A stretch of 64,000 nucleotides of DNA, from positions 201,812,001-201,876,000 of the forward strand of contig NC_086097.1 of NCBI RefSeq assembly GCF_963921235.1, written 5' to 3'. Below are positions 13,905-27,837 of this stretch, piece by piece. Each line of letters begins with the position of its first letter. Within the stretch, counting starts at the first letter, position 1. The position numbers were made by a program, and so were the translations under genes. Origin of the DNA: Mobula hypostoma. Taxonomy: Eukaryota. The notes under the pieces were generated by a model. It worked only from the letters and a program-made list of their open reading frames with translations. It made no database searches and was not told where the DNA came from.

Positions 13905-14249
13905 CACATATGGCAATGCAGTCAAATGGGGACGCCTCATTTGAAGAAAGTTGTACATCTGATTAACACATACAGAATGCTGGAGAAACTCAGCAAATTA
14001 GGCATCTATGCTGGGGAATACACAATCAATGTTTTGGGCTGTGACCCTTCACCGGGACTAGAAAGGAATGGGTAAAAGCCATTCTGGCTTTTGTCCCCTT
14101 CCTTTCCAGTCCCGATGAAGGATCTCAGCCCGAAATGTTAACAGTTTTTATTCCATCATAGACACTGACTGCCTCGCTGCATTGATCAGATGATCAGATG
14201 TACAACTTCCCCCAAAATGCAGTCTCATTTGATGGCATTTACATGTGTG
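13905..14249. repeat. ~345-bp foldback: two inverted PLE hammerhead tails inside outer inverted arms
   Basis: Perfect 16-bp inverted repeat aagttgtacatctgat (13948-13963) / atcagatgtacaactt (14193-14208). Decayed hammerhead motifs at ~14024-14059 (-) and ~14108-14143 (+). Confidence 0.8.
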
Positions 14250-14710
14250 TTTCATTATGTATCATCATATATTGCTAACGTGCAAGAAGAATGAAGTTAA
14301 GCATAAAGATTGTTAACAACAACTTGCACTTAAATAACGTTTTTAATGTCATAATATAACTGAAGATTCTACACATGCTTGCAATCAACAACATTTGACA
14401 TTAGGCTGAGGAAGTCGAATTGCAAGAGATGAACTCCACTTTGTCAAGGAAGTAATTTATAAAATAGGAAGGAACATTAGACAGGCATGGTTTTGGGGAG
14501 TCAGGCAACAGTTAAAATTGAGAATACCAGAACTGGGGTATTCCAGAAATCTGGCAAGATTAAATGGCTGCAAATGATTCCAAAAATATTCAAGAACACA
14601 GGAAGAACTTGAAAATATAAGAATTTCAATACTAAGAGTTGTCAGAAGAAGAGCAAATGCTTCTCACCAAGCAAAAAAGGAATTATGAATTAACAATATA
14701 CAGGAGTCAG

Positions 14711-14774
14711 ACAACATTGGAATAGTTGTGTATGAAAGTAACAACATTGGAATAGTTATGTATGAAAGTAACAA
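14711..14774. repeat. 30-bp tandem duplication (x2.1)
   Basis: acaacattggaatagttRtgtatgaaagta occurs twice with one mismatch. Confidence 0.95.
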
Positions 14775-15174
14775 AGGTATGGATGAGTTCAGCAACAGTA
14801 GCTGGCTACAAGAGTTTGGCAAAGTTACAGAAAACAAACTCTTAAATTACCTACATTTTTCTCCCAAACCATCAAGACAGATGGGTGTAAGTGATAGCTT
14901 TATTATGGATCCCAGAGTTTTCATATAATAATCCACAAAAGACTTTGTACTTTTTGCTGCAGCTAACATAAAATTTCCACTCGTTTGAAACCAAAATACT
15001 AAGGATACTAAAAGATGGAAGTTTATCAGCTTAAAACTTAAAACATTCAGGTAATGAACCAGTAGCAATCATAATCTGGAGTTCATAGTGATCTTGTTAT
15101 TAACAAACCCCAGCATGACACAAGTATACTTTTTTTTTCTGAGGACAACAAGGCATAGAAGTGTCCTATGAACC

Positions 15175-15525
15175 GATTCTCCTTTGTCTATCCTGCTTGT
15201 TATTTCTTCAAAGAATTCCAACAGATTAGTCAGGCAAGATTTTCCATTGAGGAAACATGCTGATTATCACCTATTTTATCATTAGCCTCCAACTACCCTG
15301 AGACCTCATCCTTAATAATCAACTCCAACATCTTCTCAACCACTAAAGTCAGACTAACTGACCAATAGTTTCCTTTCTTTTGCCTCTGTCCCTTCTTGAA
15401 GAGTGGAGTGACATTTGCGATTTTTTTCCCAGTCTTCCAAAACCATTGCAGAATCTAGTGATTCTTGAAAGATCATTACTAATGCCTCCACGATCTCTTC
15501 AGCTACCTCTTTCAGAACTCTAATT
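15175..15525 (-). mobile_element. CR1-like LINE ORF2 fragment
   Basis: RVLKEVAEEIVEALVMIFQESLDSAMVLEDW. Confidence 0.8.
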
Positions 15526-15884
15526 GGAATGGGAATGTTAATTAATTCAATACTCAGTTTGTGAGCATAGCCATTATTATAAAGTGTGACCAGAAAGATT
15601 TTTTTAAGAAGCATCCCAGTCTACTATCCTCCATTCTGTAAAAGAATTCTGTTCTATTACTCTGTTTTCTGTAATTTAGATTATTTTTGATCAATGCTGC
15701 CTCAGGCCTCAGTTTTGCTAATCTTCCTAGCCAACATTTATGGGACTCTATCACCCTCCTCCTGAAAATCTACCCAGATGACAGAGATTATAATTATCTC
15801 TTTTACCTCTGTTACCTTTCCAATGAACAAAGACCTTGGCAATATCTTCTTCCATAGTAAAAGCTATTGCTTATCTGCAGCTCA

Positions 15885-16880
15885 ATGTATAGAACATAGA
15901 ACAGCACAATACTAGACAGGTTGTTCAGTCAACTGGTGCTAATCTTGAAGCCAATTTTATATTAAATGTCTTCTGTATATCATTCATACCCTTCCATTCT
16001 CTTCATATTCATGTGTCTACCTAGAAGCCTCTTAGGCTCCACCAAACTGCCTGCTTCCACTACTGCCCCTGCTCCCTCATGTCACTTTTATACTTCCTCC
16101 TTCAACATTTAAAAACATGCCCTCTGGAGTTTTAATATTTCTATCCATAGAAAAAGATACTGATTGCCTTTGTCCTCTGTCAGGTTTCACCTCATCCTAC
16201 AATGCTCTAGGGAGAAAATCCTTAGTTGGCCTGACCTTTCCTTTAGCTCAAACCCCCTAATCCAGGCAGCATCTTAGTAAACCTTTTCTGCACTGTTTTC
16301 AGTCTCCACATCCTTCCTATAATGGGGCAACTAGAATTGATTGACTATAGTTTTGTATAGATGCAACACGTTTTCTGTACTATTTTACTCAAAACCCCCA
16401 TCAATGAAGACAAATGTTCCATATGCCTTTTTCAACATGCTATCCACAACTGTAGCCACTTTCAGTGAACTATAGATTTGAGCACCAAAATTCCTCCGTA
16501 CCTCAATTCTATTAAGGGGCCTACCATTAACTATATATTTTCTTCTTTCTTTTGACCTCCCAAAGTGCAACACCTCACACTTGCTTAGATTAGCTCCATC
16601 TGCCATTTCTCTGCCCATGTCTGTAACTGATTTATATCATACTGTAACTTTCAATACCCTTTTACACCGTCCATAACTCCAGCAATTTTGGCATCATCCA
16701 CAAACGTGCTAATCTACCAATCTACATTTCCATCCAAGTCATTGGTATGTTTCACAAACAATAGAGATCCCAACACCAATCTTTGTGGTCATGGACCTCT
16801 GGCCAGAATAACAGCCTTCCATCCCTACACTCTGTATTGGTAAATATTCTAACCAAGTCCTGTAGATCTGCACATGCATC
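15885..16880 (-). mobile_element. CR1-like LINE 3' fragment
   Basis: KCEVLHFGRSK...SLKVATVVDSMLKKAYG, plus a CR1 3' tail (catagaacatagaa-type on +). Confidence 0.8.
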
Positions 16881-19360
16881 TTAGTCCCTAACCTCATAAC
16901 TTACTACAAACTTGCCATTAACATGTAACTTAACGACATAGGGATTTCCTTTTGTTTTAACTATTCTGCTTTCATATTCTCTCTTTGCTGATCTTAGTTT
17001 CCTTTTCACACACATCTTACCATTTTTGAGCCATTATTGTTTATTGCACTACTTCATTCTCTCACAAAACCTTTCTGTTCCTGTAGCTTACCACATTTAT
17101 TCATTGCACTTTGTACATTTGTACAGATGCACCGTTAACTTGTTTTTGTCTGCTCCCTTAGTCTGCTAATACTGTGTATTTCATACTCTAGAGTTTTCTA
17201 ACATTCATGCAATTTATTTTCCTTTATTAGTTTGTTCTGGTGTCTATCACCATAGCAAGGTACGTTGGTGCGGGTTCAGGGAACCATCATTCACTTGAAA
17301 GTGTTATTAGTCTGAAAATGATGGGTTAGTAAGGGCAGAGGACCATTTCATATGGATGAGTACTTGCAGGCAATAGTCCTTAGGACTTTTGGCCAATAAG
17401 TAATAAATAGATTTAGTCCAATTAGTTCATTTTTGTCCCCACATAGATAAAATTAACCAAACTCTTCTTCAGTACCTTAAATTTCTCTGTTTTTTTTTCA
17501 ATACTGTATTAATTCTAGATCTGATCTCTAATCTGCAGCATCATAAAAATGTCACAAAAAAGCCTAGTGACTAAAGTTACTTTTCACACTTCCTTAACCA
17601 TTGTTACTTGCTTCTAATAGATATAATTTTCCTATCCAATTTCATCCAGCCCCCACTAATGAGCAAATAATTTAAGTCTTCAGTGATTCCATTAAATCAT
17701 TTTCTTCTATGCCTGACAAATCCATTACACAAGGATTCCCCATTGAATGCAATATTTTGTATATCTACCAAGTCATGTTCCTGTAATGGTCCTTCACACC
17801 ATTCCTGCATCCCCACCTTCTGCAAACTGATGGTGAGAAAAAGAGGAGTAGAGAAGATTAATTGAGATCGAAGCAGAAGTAAGAGACAGAGCAATGGGTA
17901 AGAATATGAATGATGGCAATAAGATGAAATTGGTTGAAAAGGGCAGTAGAGGAAGAAAACTTTGATTTTAGGAGTAAAGTTTAAATTTGAACAGAGGGTT
18001 GAGAAGTAGAGAGGAAGTCCTGAGATATTCTTTTTTCGCAGGAACTTGTATTTCTATTCATGATTTATTAGAAAATCATAAATATGTTCCCTTGGAATTG
18101 CAATCCATTGATTTTAATGAATGGAAATTGCAGATAGTTCTCCCATAGTGTAATGCAATGAACAAGATTTCAGCAAATTTTAATGAGGTAGTAAACTATC
18201 ACTTCTTATAATGTGATAAACAGTAGCAATAAAATTTCAAGTACTTGTGTACTGCTATTCACAAAATAACAATTAAAAGTTATAGTGTAAATTGTCCAGT
18301 AATCATTCCAAATTCAAGAGTTTGAGATTGTGTTTGAAGCTGCTACAAGTTTACTTGTTTAGAATCTACTTGTGTTTCACATCACAATTTATAATTTTGT
18401 CCAGCTGTGCTGCCTTAACCATCGGTAATATGTTACATATCCCGTTCTTTTTTTTGTCTTCTATTGAACAGGCAAATAGACACCTAAAAAAAATTTCAAC
18501 ATGTTTCAGATAGCACTGAACAATGATATAATTAAATCACTTCTGACATTACAGAAGAATGTTAGTACTATTATGATTTTGCATTATGAATATGCTTTAT
18601 CACAAACTTGATATTAAAGATGTGATTACAAGTAAAAAAAAACACAAAACAAAATGTGGAAATTAGAATCCTGGGTTATAAACATCGTATCACTGAAATC
18701 TAAAGCAAAGAAATTACATTCTTTGTGTATACAGTGTTTGTTTGTCCATAATTAGAAACACTTTTTGATTTTATGTGAATATCTTCATTAAAAAGACACT
18801 AATGCTACAAAAGTGAATTCACTAACATTATACCAGGAACAAGAAATTAATAAGTTACAAAACAATGCTTTCAAATAAATAAAAGAAATTAACTGTAAAA
18901 CTCTCTACAAAGTTTCTAATGCTAAAAATTTTTGAAAGGAAAAATGGTCAAATATAATTTCCACTAGTTAATTATTAATCAATAATGGGGTGTAAATACT
19001 TAAGTTATGGGTAGAACAACAGTGAATGTTAAAGAATTGCTTTCAGAGGAAGGATTACTAGAAAATGGGATGCTGTACCACAAGAAACTATTGAGACATC
19101 ACAAAAAGAAGTGTTCAGAGAGGAATTTTACAAACATATGAGGAAATAGGATTTGAATAATTTTACTATCGGTTCATATGCAGTGAATAAAGTGGCCCCT
19201 CCTGTTCCGTAATTCCTGTAACTCCACTGAAAGAGGAAAAATACTACTGGGATATAACAAATGGCGTATACTTTAAGAAAAAAAATTTATATATTTACTT
19301 TCATTATTGTATAAATGTACACAGTACTGAGATATACAGGAAAACCTTGACGTTACTTAC

Positions 19361-19540
19361 ATTAAAAGCTTTTAGGCGTTCAGATTCTGCTCCATCTGAT
19401 TCAATAATCTTCTCAACATCATCATGGTCATCTTGGTCATCATCATCTTCAATAATTCTATTCACAGTCAGATCTTCAGGGCCACCTCCTACACTTTCAT
19501 TTCTAAGTGAATCATAACTGGAGTAGCTGTGTGCCGGTGA
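19361..19540 (-). CDS. NOL4: NOL4-family internal coding exon, 180 nt, phase 0-0; splices in frame to 4223-4414 across a 14,946-bp intron
   Basis: Encodes SPAHSYSSYDSLRNESVGGGPEDLTVNRIIEDDDDQDDHDDVEKIIESDGAESERLKAFN. Acceptor ttcag|TCA; donor AAT|gtaagt. The join ...ERLKAFN|MFVRLF... is the known NOL4 sequence. Confidence 0.93.
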
Positions 19541-19699
19541 CTGAATTGGAAAAAAAAGAGACATAAAACAGAATTAGCCTATATAATTAAATGGTTGACT
19601 AAAAAAAAAGTAAAAAATACCTTCATGGCTAAACAAAAATAAACATAATCTCTCTGTTGTTAAATAGAAATATTCAAAACTAGGATACCAATATTTTTT

Positions 19700-20640
19700 A
19701 TTGTGTCATAGTTAAAGTACTACAGCATAGAAACAAGTCCTTCAACTCTTCTAGTCCATGCTGAACTATTATACTGCCTAGTCCCATTCACTTGCATCTG
19801 CATCATAACCGTCGCTATCCCTCCCATCAAAGATTCAAGATTTAAAGCACATTTATTATCAAAGAATGTACAAGTAATACACCTTGAAATTTCTTTGCTT
19901 ACAGGCAGCTACAAAGCAAGAAACCCGAATAACCTAATTATACAAAAAGACCAAAAACCACTGCATGGAGAAAGAGAGAGAAAGAAACAGAAATCATGCA
20001 AACAATTGAAGCAAGCCAATAGCATTCTGAACTAGACTGAGTCCTAGGTTCACTCCTGGAGCAGCTCAGGTAGGCCCAAGCCTCAGTCCCAGGTTATCAC
20101 ACCAGTGGGGCAAAACTGCAGAGCAGCCAGATCAGTTCACAGCCCCTGCGCTCTGGAGAAAGGAATAGACATTTGTGGGAGAGCGAGCGAAATCAACCCA
20201 ACCCTCACCTCTGTTCCTGACACTCAGATTTCCAGACTGTCAGTGCCAAGCACTGGGTAGTACCTCGCTCTAGGAGCCAGGCCCTGGCACCAGGATACAC
20301 TTGGACTGTCCATCCTGAAGCTGTGCTCAAGCTCCCTGAATTGGCGCGGCGCTTGGAGTGATCCAACCTTGTGGACAGGCATTGAAGCCCTTCCACATAG
20401 ACTCCCCTCCAAATCACTCACTCCATCTCCGGCAGCGATACAAACTCCATTTGCTGCTCTCCACTTACATGAAAGGCGACAGCGGGAATAACACTCAAAA
20501 TGCTCAACTGTTCACAGCAAAATATTCTACCTCAGTAATCATTCACTATCTCTTATTAAGGATATATTACAACTACAGTGTACTATTTACAAGATGCACT
20601 TTAGTGCTTTTTAGAGAATTCTTCAACAGCATCACCGACA
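19700..20640 (-). repeat. CR1 3' tail (~19700-19828) interrupted by an unclassified interspersed repeat with a caagattcaagatt terminus
   Basis: Tandem-repeat terminus typical of non-LTR 3' ends; GC-richer body than the flanks. Confidence 0.45.
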
Positions 20641-21084
20641 CCTGAGATCTTTATCACTTAATAGGATTAATGAACCTGATGCCTAGTAACACTGTTTCCT
20701 CTATATTATCCGATAGTCCAGACAGAATATTACCTCTATGAAAGAATGCAGTTTTAAAGAAATATATCAATTTAAGATATGAAAGGATTTCAGTAAGAAG
20801 GGGTACATGAGAGAAAGCAACCATTCAGTATTTCTGAGCTGCAGTAGAAATCTTGCTCCCAGAAATCTACAGTGAACAAAGGATGTACTGTATTCGCTGT
20901 TGTCGCTGGTAGGAAGCAGTTGGAATTGGTACCTACATCAGTCCAAGAATAAGTCTTTCCATGTACCATTATGATAATAACTTCAGTGCCCAGACTTGGT
21001 TGGGTTTCACTGGCAGTTCTATGTGTAATCTACTAGCATATCTCAGTGTAAATGCCAATAAGTTTCAAAATTCTGAATGCTTTT

Positions 21085-24000
21085 GATCACGTCCACGATA
21101 TCATGAAGTGGGAAGGTGAACAGCCAGAGGTCGTGGTACATATTGGTACCAACGACATAGGTAGGAAAAGGGAGAGGGTCCTGAAAACAAACTACAGCGA
21201 GTTAAGAAGGAAATTGAGAAGCAGGACCTCAAAGGTAGTCATCTTGGGATTACTGTCTCTGCCACGCGACAGTGAGTGTAGGAATAGAGTGAGGTGAAGG
21301 ATGAATGTCAGCCTGAGGGATTGGAGCAGGAGGCAGGGATTCAGATTTCTGGCTCATTGGGACCTCTTTTGGGGCAGGCGTGACCTGTACAAAAAGGACG
21401 GGTTGCACTTGAATCCGATGGGGACCAATATCCTGGCAGGGAGGTCTGCTAAGGCTATTGGGAAGAGTTTAAACTAGAATTGCTAGAGGTGGGAACCAAA
21501 CTGAAGAAACAGAGGAAGGGGCTGTTGGCTCACAAATAGAGAAAGCTTGGAGACAGTGCGAGAGGGAGGATAGGCAGGTGACAGAGAAGGGATGCGCTCA
21601 GACTGATGGTGAGATGTGTCTATTTTAATGCAAGAAGCATCATGAACTAAGGGGATGAGCTTAGCGCGTGGATCAGTACTTGGAGCTATGATGTTGCGGC
21701 CATTACAGAGACTTAGATGGCTCGAGGGCAGGAATGGTTACTTAGAGTGCCAGGCTTTAAATGTTTCAGAAAGGACAGGGAGGGAGGAAAAAGAGGTGGG
21801 GGCATGGCACGGTTGATCAGAGATAGTGTCACGGCTGCAGAAGAGGATGAAGTCATGGAGGGATTGCCTATTGAGTCTCTGTGGATGGAAGTTAAAAACA
21901 GGAAGGGGTCAATAACTCTACTGGCTGTTTTCTTTATAGACCACCCAATAGTAACAGGGACATCAAGGAGCAGACAGGGAAAAGCATAATAATAACAAGG
22001 ATGTTGTGGTGGGAGATTTTAATTTCCCAAATATTGATTGGCATCTCCAGAGAGCAAGGGGTTTAGATAGGGTGGAGTTTGTTAGGTGTGTTCAGGAAGG
22101 TTTCCTGACACAATATGTAGATAAGCCTTCAAGAGGAGAGGCTGTACTTGATCTGGTATTGGGAAATGAACCCGGTCAGGTGTCAGGTCTCTCAGTGGGA
22201 GAGCATCTTGGAGATAGTGATCACAATTCTATCTCCTTTACCATAGCATTGGAGAGGGATAGGAACAGACAAGTTAGGATAACATTTAATTGGATTAAGA
22301 GGAAATATGAAGCTATCAGACAGAAACTTGGAAGCATAAATTGGAAACAGATGTCTCAGGGAAATGTACGGCAGAAATGTGGCAAATGTTCAGGGGATAC
22401 TTGTGTGGCATTCTGCATAGGTATGTTCCAATGAGACAGGGAAAGGGTAGTAGGGTAATGGAACCATGGTGTACGAAGGCTGTTGAAAATCCAGTCAAGA
22501 AAAAAAAAATAGCTTACGAAAGGTTCGAAAAGCTAGGTAATGATAGAGATCAAGAAGATTATGAGGCTGGCAGGAAGGAGCTTAAGCATGAAATTAGGAG
22601 AGCCAGAAGGGGCTATGAGAAGGTATTGGCGAACAGGATTAAGGAAAACCCGAAGGCATTCTACAAGTATGTGAAGAGCAAGAGGATAAGATGTGAAAGA
22701 ATAGAACCTATCAAGTGTGACAGTGGGAAAGCGTGCATGGAACTGGAGGAGTTACCGGAGCTACTTAATGAATACTTTGCTTCAGTGTTCACTACGGAAA
22801 AGGATCTTGGGGATTATAGGGATGACATACAGCGGATTGGAAAGCTTGAGCATATTGACATCAAGAAAGAGGATGTGTTGGAGCTTTTGGAAAGTCTCCG
22901 GGATGAGATGAGATGTACCCCAGGCTACTGTGAGAGGCAAGAGAGGAGATTCCGAGCCTCTGGCAATGATCTTTGCATCATCAATGGAGACGGGAGAGGT
23001 TCTGCAAGATTGGACGGTTGCAAATGTTGTTCCCTTATTCAAGAAAGGGAGTAGAGATAGCCCAGAAAATTATAGACCAGTGAGTATTACTTCAGTGGTT
23101 GGTAAGTTGATGGAAAAGATCCTGAGAAGCATGGATTTCAACAAGGCATTTGATAAGGTAACCCATGCAGGGGTTATTCAGAAAGTAAAGAGGCATGGGA
23201 TCCAAGGGGACCTTGCTTTGTGGATCCAGAATTGGCTTGACAACAGCAGGCTAAGAGTGGTTGTAGACAGGTCATATTCTGCATGGAGGTCGGTGACCAG
23301 TGGTATGCTTCAGGGATTTGTTCTGGTACCCTTACTTTTCGTGATTTTTATAAATGACCTAGATGAGGAACTGGAGGGATGGGTTAGTAAATTTGCCGAT
23401 GACACAAAGGTTGGGGGTGTTGTGGATTTTGTGGAGGGCTGACAGAGGTTACAGCGGGCCATCGAAAGGATGTGTAACTGGGTTAAGAGGTGCCAGATGG
23501 AGTTCAACCCAGATAATTGTGAGGTGGTTCATTTTGGTAGGTCAAGTACGATGGGAGAATATAGTATTAATGGTAAGACTCTTGGCAGTGTGGAAGATCA
23601 GAGGGAACTTGGGGTCCGAGTCCATAGGACACTCAAAGCTGCTGCGCAGGTTGACACTGTGGTTAAGAAGGCATATGGTGCATTGGATTTCGTCTACCGT
23701 GGGTTTGAGTTTAAGAGCCAAGAAGTAATGTTGCAGCTATATAGGATCCTGGTCAGACCCCACTTGGAGTACTGTGCTCAGTTCTGGTCGCCTCACTACA
23801 GGAAGTATGTGTAAGCTATAGAAAAGGTGCAGAGGAGATTTACAAGGATGTTGCCTGGATTGGGGAGCATGCCTTATGAGAATAGGTTGAGTAAACTTAG
23901 CCTTTTCTCCTTGGAGCGGCAGAGGGTTAGAGGTTGACCTGATAGGTGTATAAGATGATGACAGGCATTGATTGTGTGGATTGTCAGAGGCTTTTTCCCA

Positions 24001-24263
24001 GGGCTGAATTGGCTTACACGAGAGAGCACTGCTTTAAGGTGCTTGGAAGTAGGTATACAGGAGATGTCAGCGTTAATTTTTTTATGCAGAGAGTGGTGAG
24101 TGTGTGGAATGGGTTGCCGGCATTGGTGGTGGAGGCAGATACAATAGGGTCTTTTAAGAGACTCCTGGACAGGTACATGGAGCTAGCTATGGGTAATCCT
24201 AGGTAATTTCTAAAGTAAATACATGTGGGCCTGTATTGAGCTGTGGGTTTTCTATGTTTCTAT
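21085..24263 (+). mobile_element. CR1-like LINE: ORF1 esterase remnant, APE endonuclease and RT; internally deleted pseudogene
   Basis: QPEVVVHIGTNDIG; VGDFNFPNIDW, LDLVL, SDHN; NYRPVSITSVVGK, KFADDTK. Same family as 58465-62199. Confidence 0.92.
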
Positions 24264-24585
24264 GATTCCCACCTTGATACCTAAGTCCTGAACTTACCAG
24301 CTGAGCTTAGCCTGTGACATCCTGGCTCCATTCCTCAGCTGGACATTCCATGCAGTCAATGATAGAACAGGAGTTTACACATAATCCGTGGCATTTACAT
24401 CGGGGAATTTGGTCTCAGGTTCTGTGCCAGGATAGATCAATTATTTTAAATGACAACTGCAGGGCTATAGGGTAGTCAGGGAAGATTAGAATAAATTACA
24501 TTATTTATAATTATTTGTCTTTTTATGTGATTGCGTATCATGTTTAATTTGTTTTTGTATCTTCCATGTTTTTAAATGGCTTAGA

Positions 24586-24997
24586 ATAGTCATAGTCATA
24601 CTTTATTGATCCCAGGGGAAATTGGTTTTCGTTACAGTTGCTCCATAAATAATAAATAGTAATAGAACCATAAATAGTTAAATAGTAATATGTAAATTAT
24701 GCCAGTAAATTATGAAATAAGTCCAGGACTAGCCTATCAGCTCAGGGTCTCTGACCCTCCATGGGAGGAGTTGTAAAATTTGATGGCCACAGGCAGGAAT
24801 GACTTCCTATGACACTCTGTGCTGCATCTCGATGGAATGAGTCTCTGGCTGAATGTACTCCTGTGCCCACCCAGTACATTATGTAGTGGATGGGAGACAT
24901 TGACCAAGATGGCATGCAACTTGGACAGCATCCTCTTTTCAGACACCACCGTCAGACAGTCCAGTTCCATCCCTAACAACATCACTGGCCTTACGAA
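24586..24997 (-). mobile_element. Rex/Babar-like 3' fragment
   Basis: SHPLHNVL...FSQRLIPSRCSTECHRKSFLPVAIKFYN; tail reads atagtcatagtcat on +. Confidence 0.75.
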
Positions 24998-26921
24998 TGT
25001 TAGAGCTATACAGAAACACTGAAAACTTTTACAGCTAATCTGGGAGTAAGATTTTATCAGGTATTGGCGAATTAAAAAGAAATGTCATGGGCAAGCAAAG
25101 CTAGTCCAATCAGCTCAGATGTGTCAGTTATGTCACAGGGGATCCTGCTACCAGTCAAAGCCTCATTGCTCGAGGGCAGCCAGAGCCAGGCAGACTTGCA
25201 ATCAGGATGTGGGGAAGTTGGGGAAATGGGAAGCATGAGTAGTGAATACAGAGAAAAGGCATCACTGAGGAAAAACTGGGCTAATCAATTCTGACAGATT
25301 ACAGCTGCATAATCTGCAAATTGCTACAGTAAAACTAATTAAGGCAATACATTCTTTTGACAGCAACCGCATTAAAAAGTTATGGTTTAAAGAAGTTACT
25401 GCATGAAAGTAATGAAGAACTGCTTAAACTTACAGGGCAATAAGGATTAATTAATGTGTTGATGGAAAAACACATCCACAATACGATTTCTAGCTAAGAG
25501 CAGCATGGATTTTAATCTAAACACAACCTGACTATGACAATCTCCATCTAATCTGTGCCCTCTGGTCCTAGAACTCCCACTGTAGGAAACATTCTCTCTA
25601 CATCCACTCTATCTGTGCCAGAATCATTCTTACGAAAATTCTCTGAACTCACTCCAATATTAGCATATCCTTTCTTAGAGAAAGGTACTAAAACTGCTCA
25701 CAATGCTCCAAGTGAGATATCACCAGTGCCTTATAAACCCTCAGTCCTACATCTTTACTTTCATATTCTTGTCCTTGTGAAATGAATGCTAACATTACAT
25801 TTGACTTCCTTACCACCAACTCAACCTGCATGTTAAACTTTAGGGATCCTGCATGAGGTCACCCAAGACCCTTAGCACCTTGGATTTTTGAATTTTCTGC
25901 CCTTTTAGAAAATAGTCTACGTTTTTGTTCCTCCTACCAAACTGCATGGTCATATACTTCCCAACATTGTATACCATCTGTCACTTCTTTGCCTATTCTC
26001 CTCATCTGTCTAAGTCCTTCTGCAGTCTTCCTCAACTCTAACTGGCTCTCCACGTATCTTCACATAGTCCACAAACTTGGTCACAAAACATCAATTCCAT
26101 TCGTCAAATCATTGACATATAATGTCAGAAGACGTGATCCCCACACCAACCCCTGCAGAACACCACTAGTCACTGGTAGCCAACCAGAAAAGTCTCCATT
26201 TATTCTCACTCTTTGCCTCCTGCCAATCAGCCAATCCTCCTTCAATGCTAGTATCCTTCCTGTAATATCATGGGCTCTCATCTTGTGTGGCACCTTGTCA
26301 AGGGACTTCTGAAAGACCAAGTACACAACATCCACTAATTCTCCTTCATCCTGATGTTTATTTCCTCAAAGAATTCCAACAGATTTCTTCAGGCAAGATT
26401 TCCCCATGCTGACTTTGGCTTATTTTACCATGTGCTTCCAAGTATCCTGTGACTTCATCCTTAATAATTGACTCCAACATCTTCCAACCAGAGGTCAGGC
26501 CAACTGGCCTATAATTTCTTACCTTCTGTCTCCCTCTGTTCTTGAAGAGTGGAGTGACATTTTCAATTTTCCAGTGGTCTGGAATCATGCCAGAATCTAC
26601 TGATTCTTGAAAGATCTTTACCAAGGCCTTTACAATCTCCCCAGCTACCTCTTTCAGAACTCGGTGGGGGGGAAGGGGAGTCCATCTGTTCTGAGTGACT
26701 TATCCACCATCAGACCTTTCAACTTCCCAAGCACCTTCTCCCTTGTAATAACAATTGCACTAATTTCTGCCTGCTGATACTCTCAAACTTCCGGAATACT
26801 GCTGGTGTTTTCCATAGTGAAGATGTATGCAAAATAATTATTTAGTTCATCCGCCATTACCTTGTCCCCCATTACTACCACTCTAGTGTCATTTTCTAGC
26901 AGTCCAATATCTCCTCTCGAC

Positions 26922-27420
26922 TCAGAATCAGAATTATTATCACCAGCATGTGACGTGAAATTTGTTAACTTAGCAGCAGCAGTTCAATGCAATACATAAT
27001 ATAGAAGGAAAAAAAATTAAATCAATTACAGTATATGTATATTGAATAGATTAAAAATTGTGCAAATAACAGAAATACTATATATTAAAAAAGTGAGGTA
27101 GTGTCCAAGGGTTCAATGTCCATTTAGGAATCTGATGGCAGAGGGGAAGAAGCTGTTTCTGAATCGCTGAGTGTGTGCCTTCAAAGGCTTCTGTTCCTCC
27201 TACCCAATGGCAATAGCAAGAAAAGGGCATGTCCTGCATGCTGGAGGTCCTTAAATAATGGACGCTGCCTTTCTAAGACACCGCTCCTTGAAGATGTCCT
27301 GAGTACTTTCTAGGCTAGTACCCAAGATGAGGCCGATTAAATTTACAACCCTGTGCAGCTTCTTTCAGTATTGTGCAGTAGCCACCCACCCCCCCCCCTC
27401 CCCACCATACCAGACAGTGA
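26922..27420 (-). mobile_element. Rex/Babar-like 3' fragment nested in CR1
   Basis: Terminus tcagaatcagaat; contains the reverse complement of ttcagaaacagcttcttcccctctgccatcag. Confidence 0.75.
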
Positions 27421-27636
27421 TCTGTTTAACTGGTTTTTAAAAGCTTCCCACTGATTCCTGCTCTATAATATGCCCTCTCTTTTGCTTTTATGTTGGCTTG
27501 GAATCCCATTGTCAGCCACAGTTGTGTCATCCTGCCTTTAGAATACTTTTTCTTTTTTTGGATAGGTTCACCCTGCAGCTTCTAAATTGCCCCCAGAAAC
27601 TCCAGCCACTGCTATTTAGCCCTTATCCCTGCTGGT

Positions 27637-27837
27637 AGTTGTTCTTCTCTATGCCTTGTGGCACATCAAGCAACAACCTTGCAATTCTCTAGCATTTGTC
27701 TGTTTTTACAAAACTGAGTTGCTAGTTTAATGCTCAACCCAGTACGGATGGAAAGCATGCAAAGAGGGAGCCGGATATGAACCTGGGACTATTCACCTCG
27801 AAGTCCAGTGCAGATGCTAATACACTAGCAGTCAGCT
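27637..27837 (-). mobile_element. tRNA-derived SINE nested in CR1
   Basis: Minus-strand head has A-box-like tagtgtattagc and B-box-like ggttcatatcc sequences. Confidence 0.55.

Noticed and set aside
14711..14774. 30-bp repeats as a CRISPR-like array
   Set aside because: Two adjacent units, no spacers, eukaryotic context.
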